A DNA stretch of 64,000 nt from Ascidiella aspersa. Taxonomy: Eukaryota. Below, in pieces: positions 37,501 through 49,300 of this stretch. Numbering within the stretch: position 1 is the stretch's first letter; the number at the start of each line of letters is the position of its first letter. Under the pieces are notes generated by a model. That model did no database searches and was not told the origin of the DNA. It was given only the letters and a program-made list of their open reading frames with translations. The position numbers and the translations under genes are program-made. The stretch is taken from positions 7,688,001 through 7,752,000 of the forward strand of contig OZ004607.1 of the NCBI GenBank assembly GCA_963924565.1, given 5' to 3'.

Positions 37501-38361
37501 TATACCTTTGTACTTTTTGAAATGTTTCCAGATTTGTTTTAAAATATATATTGGCGCTCCAAATGGTCTCTAAGTTTTAGTCTCTATTTTTTTATTTGTT
37601 TTATTTTGGAAAATGAGGGTCTTTTACTTTGCTATGCAGTTGTCGCAAAGAAATACATTTGGTACTGTAATGGTTAGCAAAAAGCGTTAAGGTTATGGGT
37701 AAATCTACAAATTCACAACAAACCCTTAATGTGGCTAATCGAAATCAGTCCGCCTATTAGGAATTTTAGCAAGAAAGGCAAGGCTAAAAAGAACGATGCT
37801 GTTTTAAGATTTTCCGTAAAATACTCGGTTTCTATGAAGGTTGTGCTGTATCTCGGCCAGTACAGTTTCAAGAAGATCTAAACACAATTATACATTTGGA
37901 TTAAATTGTTTTAGTTACGACAACAGCAATGAAGAACAAACCGAATGAAGTCTTGCTGTGGTGTCAGAAGCAATGGATTTGGTAATTATATAGCCTTTAT
38001 TTCCAAACGATGAAAACAAACTGATGCAAAAACGCAGTCTAACACTTTGTAATCAAAACATGTTTGCAAGGTCCGTCGTTCAATACATGATCGAAAACGC
38101 TATTTCAATTCAGAAACAAAGCGTCGAAAGAGTCGTCCCTCGGGCGAAAGAGCTGCGCCTGTTCGTTTCTCGCTAATCTCCCGCGAGAAGTGAGCTAAGC
38201 ACGAAACAACAGAAGGCGCACGTTTTGTTGTACTTTTTGCTAGGGTTGGTGGGCGAGTTCCAAAGATGCTGCAATCTTCTCTCACCGCAAATAAAAAAAA
38301 AATAGACGGAAAAAACTTCACCCAAAGCTTAATTCTCTTTCTCCACGTTTTACCTGCTCTT

Positions 38362-38476
38362 GATTTAGCACAAACAAAAAGATTTAGCACAAACAAAATG
38401 ATTTAGCACAAACAAAAGCACTACACTTCTTACTTACATTTAGCACAAACAAAAGCACTACACTTCTTACTTACAT
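38362..38476. repeat. Short nested tandem duplications (atttagcacaaacaaaa x4; 39-bp unit x2)
   Basis: Seen directly in the sequence. Confidence 0.85.
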
Positions 38477-39939
38477 ATTAGTTTTAAGTTAAACTAACAT
38501 CACAGTCAAAACTTGCTGTTTTTCATTAAATCCAAAACTGTGAACATATTCAAATTGATACAGAAAGTCCCCTGGTATCAAAGCGCACAAGAATTAAAAA
38601 ACGGTTTATGAAAGGCTTAAAAAGCTGAGATTGCTGTGGAGTGTTTACATTTTTTTCGACATTCCACAATCCTTGTAGAAATGTTCTGATGTTAATTTTG
38701 ACAGCCCGCAAGAAAAATTTTTTTAATGAAACAAAAACCGTTTGTCAAACTCGATCTGTCTTTTACCGATTTAATGCGGCCATTTGAAATTTACCGATTT
38801 ACTGCGTCGATTTTTTCGTGGATGTCCCAACATTCACACATACCCAATATCCCCACCTACCATTCAGTTTGAATTTTTTATAGTATTTTAAATGCTTTGA
38901 AAACTACTAAACCCTAGATTAAAGTTACAAATCAAAACGAACGAATTGGCGAATCTAGCAAATGGAAACTTTAAATTTCACCTGATTAATCAGATTAAAA
39001 GTTAGAGCAAAACCTAGAGCAATTTATATTTCCTGTTTTGTTTTTTTTAGTTTGATTTGCTCGAGGGGCACGCATGACGAAAATATAATTTTCACGTGAT
39101 AATCGAACCCCTAACCACGTTTCAATTTCTTTCGGAGTTGTTTTAGTCATAAATATTTCTCTGTACATCTCTTATTGGCCACCAATTACCGAGGCCCGTA
39201 GTTCGACAAATTCGTGATTTGGTCCTACGGCTGCGCACGGCATTTTTGAGGTAGAACGGCAGACGCTCCGTGTATTTCTGGCGAGTACATAAGGCGTATA
39301 CGTCACAGCGCTACCATCAGTGCGAATTGACTGCGAAAATAACGACTGTGACATTTCGTGCGCGAATTTTAACAAGAAACATCCACCGAAGTAAAATAAT
39401 GTGCTGTGCGTCGCCCATTGTAAGTTTTCCTTACAATTTTGGCGACAGGAGTTTTGGGAAAAGAATTGATGCTGCATATAGTCTTCTCATTAGTAAATTC
39501 TTTTGAAAAACTCTAAGCTGTTTAAACGTGTTTCACGAGAAGCCTAAGTGTCTGTTTTTATTCAAAAAAATATTAATAATTCAGGAGAGCAGTGTCCGTG
39601 TATATTCAAAGTTTTTGTGTTCTGATATATATTCAATGACAAATATTAAAAATGGACCATTAAGGTTCTAATTAGGTTTAATTTAATTGTTTTTCAACCT
39701 TTACTTATAATTTTTGTTATTAATAGTATTACCCATTGAAAAAAACATTGTTTTCCGAGGTGTTATCTTTATGTATTGGTTAACTGTATGCCATAATCAA
39801 CATTTGATTTTTTTATTGTTTTAAATAGTAACGTTTTTTTATATCATTTTTTCTGAGCATTGCCCCCAAAAGATCAACACAGCCACCTCTCCCACCTTTT
39901 TCAAAAAGCTGTGTGTGTGCAGATCGAAGTAAACAGGAT

Positions 39940-40215
39940 AAACTCTTAATCTTCGGCCTACAAGCGCCGAAAGGCTAAGCGCGTGGGCCTATCGCTTCGG
40001 ATCTCCGCCCAAGAACTCTATACGTTTACGACTGTCGAGAAAGCGAGAGAAGGTTCTCTCTTCGAAGGCCTTAAAAGCCCGGAGGCTCGAGCCCTTGCTT
40101 TATGAACGTCGACGTTAAATCGGGGACGCAACCATTCGGAATACTCGCCGGCCGAAGCACCGGCCGACTGACCGCTGACTGCTGACCACTTTACTGGCCA
40201 GAGCCGCCTTTCAAG
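39940..40215 (+). promoter_or_regulatory. Putative CpG-rich promoter/5' UTR of the PRD gene
   Basis: GC/CpG-rich island directly upstream of the first coding ATG. Confidence 0.45.
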
Positions 40216-40315
40216 ATGGACGGCGGACTTATTTTCCTGTTCGCCTTCTTAGGAATCGAAATCGCGCTGGTCGGAGGACTGGTGACCTACCTGCTCTACC
40301 GTCGCCAACCTCCTA
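40216..40315 (+). CDS. PRD gene exon 1: N-terminal signal-anchor/TM helix
   Basis: [33 protein letters not shown]|gtaagt; in-frame TGA upstream at 40183; GC-rich codons; phase 1 matches the next exon. Confidence 0.75.
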
Positions 40316-43300
40316 GTAAGTTATGCTTTTAGTATGTTTAAAATACTACCATAGGCGTATTACAGCTATACACTCACAACAAAATTTTACGAAGGCAAAC
40401 AATATATTTTCAATTGCCAAAAGTGTCAATGTTGTTTGAGCCACATTTTTTGTTTTTATTGTATATTGTAAGTAAAATTAAAAACAACTCGGTCGTTGTC
40501 GACCAAAGGTGGTATTTTTTCATGTTTAATTTGTTTTAGTTTTTTAAATGCCGTTCGTTGTAGCCTAAGCTTAGTTAGAATAATGAATTTAGGGGTAAAT
40601 TAATTTAGGGTTAGGAAAATTTAGAATCCTGCTGCCAATTCGGCTGACTGAAAATCCAATTATTATAGGTTATATCGATAGTGCGTGTTGATTAGCATTG
40701 CGTTGTTTCACTTTAAACTACAATATTCTGATTTAAAAATCAGGACGAATCAATACAAAGGTCCACGGCATTTTTTTAAAACATTCAATCTCTATAGAAT
40801 CGTTTTTGTTTTTGGTTGGAAGTGTATAATTGCCATTATTTTATCAAAATTTTATTTTCTAAACTAAATATAACAGGTTATAGTTAAATAGGCGAAAATC
40901 TTTGGTGGTTTGTTGTTTTAATACAAAATGTAATTGCATAGAGGAGAATACCCCATTTATCGCAAAAATAAACACCGTACTTTGCCCGAGTAGGCTTTTG
41001 AGTGATATAGCATTCATAACGTTCGTGATGTTGAAATAGTGCCCGACAAAAACAACAGATTTATCAGCATGCGCATTGAGTTTGCTATTTAAAGGGCGTG
41101 CTATATGTAAAAAATATTGAAGATAAAATCGTTGTAACGCCATTTCTAAGTTTTAAGATTAATGGGTGATCGTGTTTTTGTCAGTGCAAGATTTTGTTTC
41201 AAAAAAGCACAATGGGACGTTTATTAACGATGAGATATGTTTTATTTTTATTTTCTTTGACCTCAACGTCTGCCTAAATTACTTGGTTTTAACGGATTGC
41301 TTATTTAATATTAAAAATAAATAAATAGGTAATCACAAACAATATTGATACCCAATGTTGCCCAACCATCAAACCAGAGTCCAATATGTCGATTACAGAT
41401 ACCGGTAGCTGCAAAAACGCCTCATACCCCATGATTACAGTCGCTCGCGTTGCAAGCCTGCGCTATTACAGAGGTCATCTAGGCGTATTTACAGGCGCAC
41501 ATAACTTGCGCGTGATATCATATCAACTGCAAGTCTCCCGCCCAGGGCTATCCAACTATAAATGTCAGCTGATTTACATTTCGCGCAAATTGGCGATACC
41601 CGAGATTGCCGTCCAACGAACGTATCGCCTATACACCTCCGGACGCGGAGTTGGATTGTGCCATAGGAAAACAGTCGTCATGTATGTGTTTCTGTGTGAG
41701 TGTGTGTGTGTAGACGCGTCTACGTGTGTGCGTATGCTTGTGCGTAACCTAAAATCTGATTTCCAGCACTTTTATTAATACAAGATTAAACCTCATTATT
41801 TGCGGGCCTGAGCCGTCAGGTTACAATAGTGAAAATGTTGGGTGTATGTTTTCAAATTACTCCAATTCCATTTCAATTAATTGGTCTTTTTAGTTTTACG
41901 TGGCCTTGAACATTTTCGTTGGTCAATGTGCCAATTACTTACAAACACAAGTTATACCAATATTACTTGTTTCACGAAAACACAAAGCATGGCAAATCAT
42001 TTCTAAAAAAACTAATATTTTAAACCGTGTTTGGATTGCTTTGACCAAAACACGAACCCGACCAATTTAATAGATTTACGGCGCACAAAATAATCGTCTC
42101 AATCTATTGTGAATCATCATTCCCAGATACATGGGGCTACTTTCCTAGGTCACAAGACGAAGTAGTCACCAAGTAACGGAATACGTCCTAGATAGAAAAG
42201 ACTCTCGAAAACACCCACGCAATATCTTGTGCAAATCTGATGCATTAAAACTGAGAAAGGCAAGATATCGCCATGTAGTTTTAACTTTTCTACTGATACG
42301 ATTACTAGATAACTCACACCCCGAAAACAACTTATTTAAATGTTAATATTTTTAATTTCGTCGAACAATAACACAGGAAATAGACGACAATAAGTACAAG
42401 TTGGAGTAAATACTATTTAGAAAGTCTAAGAAAGATTTACTTATTTTTTGGTGTGAGTTTAATATTATTTAATAAATCTTAAGAGGCAAACTAGTTTGTT
42501 TTTCATTTTTTGCGCAAAAGTATTTTTCTGATGGAATATACCGAGATAGCATTGAACATAAAATCACAACAGAGGCGCGCCAAACGCTTACCAAGCCAAA
42601 AAAGTCCACCAAATCTTAAAGATCCGAGCTGATAAGTCGAGCACACCAAAACAAAGGAGCGCGATTTATCCTCTCCTTCCTAAAAAGCTCGGCATCGACC
42701 ACCTTCTATATCCTTGAAGAGCGAGGCTCAGGTCACACGTGCCGCGTTTGTTATTGCGTTTTCTTTTCCGTTCGCAGAGCCAAAGCCCAAGCCCAAGTCA
42801 TCGCTGAAGCCCGACGGCAAAGTGGCGACGACCTATGGCGACCCGAACGACTCAAACGGACACGTCCTCATCAACGTTGACGTAAGTGCAGATCAACTGC
42901 CGCTGTGAGCGCACGGGTTTGTGCGATGTCAACGAAACCCCTCAAACAGAGAAATATGTGTTTTTTTCCTTAAACAGAGAATATGGATTTTTTTAACGTT
43001 TTTGACTTTTTTTCTAAAATACTACTAGGCGTTTTACATCTATTTACATGTAGGTTTAATAATGTTTTACGAAGACCAACAATATATTTTAATTGTTTGA
43101 GTATCAATGTTATTTTTGCCGCACTTTTTCTTAATTGTTTATCAAGTAAAATGTAAAACACGCCAAACACCAAATTTAGTGTTTCGTTTGCATTGTTCAA
43201 GTTTTCGCCGTTCTGTGTAGACCAAGCTTTTTCCTAATTTTAGAAAACGTAAAATTTTTATTTTTTTATTTTTAACTACATGTTTTTCTTTTTTTAATTA

Positions 43301-46300
43301 ACATATATTATAACTACAAAGATAAGTCTGAGTAAATTAAACCTTATGCCGTTGTTGGGTAAACCTCAATATCCCAAAGAAAAGTTTTACAAGTGCTGTT
43401 CACCAGTTTTCAATCCTTTTTAAAGTCAATGCATTCCTGGTGTTTTTAAAATCCTTATAAGGACAAAAATTACCTGCTTTGCGTTCGACTTTTCTTTATA
43501 TACATTTTGATGCCAGCAAAGCTTTCCTTAATTAAATTTTCTTTGGGGCCAGCGGAAATGTCTTACTGACCCATCGCTGCTCCGGCAATATTACATATAA
43601 GTTATTTTTCAACTTATATTTCGTGTGTTGCTTTTTGGCGCGAATGGCACCGCCTTTGGTCCAACGCATTATTTTAACGCGAACGTGAATTACCGAAATG
43701 AGGCCCCACCCTACCTCCAATTCCCACGCTCTTACCCGTGTATTGTTGTCTACGCAGGACAAGCGACCCAACAATGTTTCTCCGTCCAACGATTCCTCCG
43801 CATCCTCGTCGCCAGGTGAGTAACCATGGTAACTGTAATAGTTACCTAGCTGTTGGAATCCTTGCATTATTCTTCATCGATTCGACAGCTGAACGTTACT
43901 TGTTGTGAAGCGCTTTTTTTTTGCGCACAAAGCGTTGCTTGTCACCTTATTTCAGCAACGGCGGATAAATGTATTTACGTAGATTTCAGGTTTGGGAAAA
44001 GTGCTTCCATTTACGCATTGCTTTACCCTTTTAAGATAATTTCGTTGGTAAAGCTTGCCGGCGGAATTGCAATCTTGTACTTAAAATAAACTTAATAAAT
44101 CTAATTTAAAATTTTTCGGTATTCACTTACCCTTAGATTTTTTACAGAAGCCCTAATTGCCACAATACGTGCTGTTATACCGGGTGTTATACCCAAGCTG
44201 GGATCCGTGAACCCCTTAAGGATACTTCAAGTTTAGGGGTTCCATAAAATCCTAATTGAAACTTGGTGAACAGTTAAAAATGTAGAAAAGTTACGCTTTG
44301 GTCTTTTAGATTTGATATCATTTTCATATTTGCATATGAGTTTACCGGATACAGATAGTTTAATTTTCCTAAAACGTAATCTCTTTAACTTTCATGACGA
44401 CATTAGTCTACGCGAACCAAAAACAATTTTAAGTGGTTCGCGATAAAAAAAAATTCAAAATCACTGTGTTATACTAAAACATTGTTGTGCTTTTTCATAT
44501 TTTTATAAAATTATGTTGTAATTTAAACAGCAAATTCTCCTCATTTACCTCATCGTATAGACTTTCGAGGAATTAATTGCCAAATGCTTGACGCCAGACT
44601 ACAGACCAAAGCGTTTTTGTAACTCACCAATACACAATATTCATATATACGCGGGGGCAAAGATCATACACGCCTTTGAAGCGAGCAGCCGAGTAGCATA
44701 GGTGGGCCGCGTAATGGTGCCAAGAGCCTCTCTAATGACGTGGTCTGATTGCTACCCCCTCTGTCCGCTAATGAACACTTCCCTGCACTTGTTGACGTAC
44801 CGGCTAATAGACTCGCGCGCGCCTAACTCGCCATTAAGCAATTTGATTTCGATGGGTCATTGTCGCTCGAAGCTGTTTTACGCACTGGCTCGCGGAATTT
44901 CGGAACAAGGTTATTACGCGATTTTTGTTTGGCGAAGTCGGCATCTCTTGACCTTTCATGCGCGCCTGTGGTGTGATCCGACCAGCGAGTTTTTCGCCTA
45001 TCTAAAACCTCGGTTTATGCCAGTTCCATTAACAGCAATAGTGCTCAAATTTTAATGACTGCGAAAGTGGATCGCTGTAAGTAAAATAAAAAAACTTATG
45101 TTGTTTTAAGTGAAAAAAAGCTTCTTAGGTTCGAGCGAGGGCTAAAATCACAACATTGTAGATCGCAAATTGCGATTTCATCCGTAGCATGCCAAATGCA
45201 AATGCATCTATCTCTAAATTCGTTCAATTGGAGAACAGCTTTAAGGAAAATTCCTTTTGTTTATGTTTACATCAGTAACGCCTAATTTTAAACACATGAA
45301 CAACATGTTTGTTATTCAACTATACTGGGATCTCGATGTGGAAAATAAATTTAAATAAACTTATTTCTTCAATTGTAAAATTGTTCTTTTTCCAGAAGAA
45401 CAATTTTACAATTAAAACAATGCCTCGTAGCAATATTCAAAATTATTTATTTTTTTGTTTAAATTACACACGCACTTAAATCAAACCAATCTAAAAACGA
45501 AATATTGTAGTAATCTGAAAAACAGTAGACGCATGACAACAAACGAAAATCCCACGCACGAATCGCAGCCTGGGATTACGGCGTTTCGGGCAAGATTAAA
45601 ACTGTTGCCTAAGACTCATCTCGTCTCCGTAAATCCTCTTTCGCTGACTATCGCAGAGCATATTTCCTCCACGCTTGTCAACGCAAAACTTGTGCTTTGC
45701 ATTTACGCAAAAATGATACTGAAGTTAAGCCCAACAAGGGGCAGATCCAGGGGGAGGGGCACGTAGCCATTAACAAAATAAACGAAAATAAAAGTATTTT
45801 GTGGTGTCCCCACAACAAACTGTGTGGTGTCATTGAGGTTAGTTATTTAATCCATCACATTTGTACGTCACATTTGTATGTCACGTTATGGCGTAACTTG
45901 GTGCCGTCATTTCTAAAAGAAAATGTATGCCCTCAAACAAATTCCTGAATCTGCACCTGGAAACGCATAGTACGTTTTCAATTGAAAACCGTCCCGGGCT
46001 TATTAATGAAAGTGAGCTTTATTTCGTTTTTGGCAGAGATTATTTGTTATTGTATGCGTGCATGCGATAAAAAAGTGACATAAAAGGAATTTACAAGCTT
46101 TTATGCGATGATAATAAGTTAATTGAATTTGGGTACACTATGTACGGATCTGCAATGTAGCTTAATGATGAATTGCAAAGCCACAAAGGTCACGTAGATC
46201 GACATCATCTTGATTAAAACGTTAAGATACGAACGTCAGTTAATGTCGATTAACCTAATTTTTATTAAACATTAAAAATGTTCACCGTGAACAAATCCAG

Positions 46301-49300
46301 ACTATAGGTTTTAGGAAGGCGAATGTTTACGCCGTGAACAGGCAAGTCTTGCGGCCTTTGCTTAGACCGAGCGATTTGCTTTTGCACAAGCCTCGGGGCC
46401 TCTGCGCGGTTTCGCGCGCTAAGGCTGAAGCCACGCATACACTGCTTCGAATATCAAGCATATCGCTATACAAGAGATTAACTCACGACCTGACATGCCT
46501 TTTTGTCAGAATTTCTACAGCTCTCCTTTTGCTGATTTCCACCAATTGTATCGAATGACCAATTAATCTTTCCCTGTGTTGACAACGCAATACCACGCTT
46601 TCACGGAAATCACCTGTTAAAGGAAAAATAAAACTTGAAAAAAGTCATTTCCTAAACCTAAATTATGCATTCGTAATGCTAGGTGAAGCAAGTCGTTGAA
46701 AATATCCTTGAGTTTTTATCGTTAGGATTTCTAAATTAGTAGTTAAAGCATCTTTAACTATTGCTAAATGTAACGTGTTGAATAGTAGCCAATAAACTGC
46801 ACCTTAGCGAGTAGTTTAACAGACACACCTATTAATAGCCTGTCAACGCACATTAAAAAACAAACTCCATTTTTTACCTAGCTGTTATCCAAGCTGCCAA
46901 TATAATTACCAGTCATTTTTATCGACGCCTTATTAAAGCGCTTGGGAATTGCATTTACTGATTAAAAAAAAACTAATTTCCGGGCGTTGGAAGTCACAAA
47001 GGTCTTTATAACATAAATAAACACCATAGCATTTCACTTGTTTTTATAGTTTTACTCGGTTTTACTTGGCGATGAAATAACAATACCCAAAAGCAGAAAA
47101 AAATTGCCGAAAAAAATCCAGACGGAGACGTCACAAAGTTACGTCATAACTGAACACGGTTATCGTTCGACGTAGTGCGCAAATATGAAACTAAAATCTT
47201 AGTTTAAATACATACAACGGGATGACCGGTAAAAAAGAGACAAAAAGAACATTTTACCGGAAAGGGGTACCTGCAAAACTTATTTTACCGTAACGCCTTT
47301 CCGGACCGTTCCGGCTTACTTCTAGCACGGATTTGCCTAATGTAAGCTTTCCAACATAACACCATCGTCACTAATTATTTGTTTACTTTCAAATACAGGC
47401 GTTCGCTTACATAGCTGTGACCTATTGTTCCATCATTTTAGATCCGAAAAAGAAGCTTCTGGATAGCGACAGCGACGTAAAGATCGAGATCGAACCATCC
47501 GCTCCCCCGCATCCCATTGTAGAGGAGGAGGAAGAGGTGCCTCCCTATTCACCACCTCATACTATTGTTCCTGTAAGTCCAATCGGATATTTACCAGTGT
47601 TGTAACCAGTCATTCTGTGGCACAAGTCCCAGTCAAGTCATTTGGAAAGTAACTTGAGTCCAAATCAAGTATTTTGCAAAAGTACCAAGTCAAGTCCCAG
47701 TTCAAGTCATGGATTGCTCAAGTCTAGTCCCAGTCAGTTCAATATAAGAGCAAGCTAATTTCAAGTCATGTCATTGACATAAAAGTAAAGCGTTAAACTA
47801 TAAAAGTTGGTTAAATTGTCCGATTATGAGCAATAATTCAACGAAAAAAGAACACAAGCGCAATATACAGCGTTAAAGTTGTTCAACGTACAAAACTTGA
47901 GATAAATTTTAATGAAAAACACTGAAGTTCAAGTCAGGACATTTGTCTAAAAGACTTAAGTCAAGTCAAGTCATTTAAAAACAGTGACTCAAGTGCATTT
48001 AAGTCCAATGGATAAAAGTTATTACAACAATCATATTTCTCTAAGTTTGGAAAAGACTGATATTAAAGGGGTCCTTGTCACAGTGACGAAGAGGTTGCAT
48101 ATACATTTACAAGAAATTAAGAAACGTTTTATTTGATGTAAAAACCAACTATTTTTTAACAGGATTCATGAATGTTTTTGTTATTAGATATGGTGTAAAC
48201 GCTTTTATTATCCATATGTTTTTCATATTGCTGTGCACAGTCGGTTGCTAGCATGTAGTATTATTGCGGCTGTCGTAAGTTATATTATCGCATTTAAATG
48301 TAGCTCGGTCGCAAGCCTTTGGTTAAGTAAAGACGTTCCCCTGGGTATAACAATCTGAAAATATATAGAAATGTGGTCCTTGTTGAAACGTCAAATTGTA
48401 CCGCTTTACAGTTCTTATATATCGTTAGTATCGTTGGTTTTTCGTTAGTTTTTTTACGGGATATTATTCAAATATCTTTCATTTGCGATATTTTGTATAG
48501 AAACAATATTTTATCGTTTATACTCCTTTCGCAGATGGACAGGTCGGCATTTGAGGAGGAAATCGTCCCCACCAACATTCGCTCGCAAGAGGAGCATCCG
48601 ACTCCCAGACCGCGCCAACCACGAGAAATAGAGGAGCATCTCGCCAAGGACATCGACTCTTCCGATGCCTGCAGCAACCAATCTGTTCCTTGTAAAGCTG
48701 TAGATGAAGATGTTGTGATCCCGATCGAACGCCAGGGTGACGAGGAGCGTGTCCCGTCTCCTCTCTACCGCCGAGCGTCTTCTCCATCCCCTGAGAGCCT
48801 CACGGAGGAAAAGAGAAGACCGGAAATTGTGGCTCATCAACCTGACGAGGAAATAGTTCATGGTAAGTCGCTCAACTGTGGAAAGGAAACTTGAAAGTCA
48901 CCTATTTAGTGCCCCAACAAGTATTTGTTTCTAAAGAACATTTCTGTTTTACCTTGTTGTTCATTAAAAATCTTTGCACATTTACAATGAAAGCTATAGA
49001 TAGTATGATACATCGACATATGTTTTTGTATGTTTTCTGTTTTCATTGGTCGATTTTATCGATTGTTCTGGCATACCGTGTTGAATAACAGAAGTTAAAT
49101 AATGTTTTAAGGTTTATTTTTTTCCTGAGGTATGTTTTTCGTTTTGGTACTTGCACCGATGACAGTTGCACATTATTGAAAACAACACAAAAATTAAACA
49201 AATAAAACCTAGCAGATGAAGTTTCTCGTAAACTCAACACTTAAATTAATATTAAATGACTTTGTGGAATCATTTTATCATTATCACTAGCTATAGTGAA

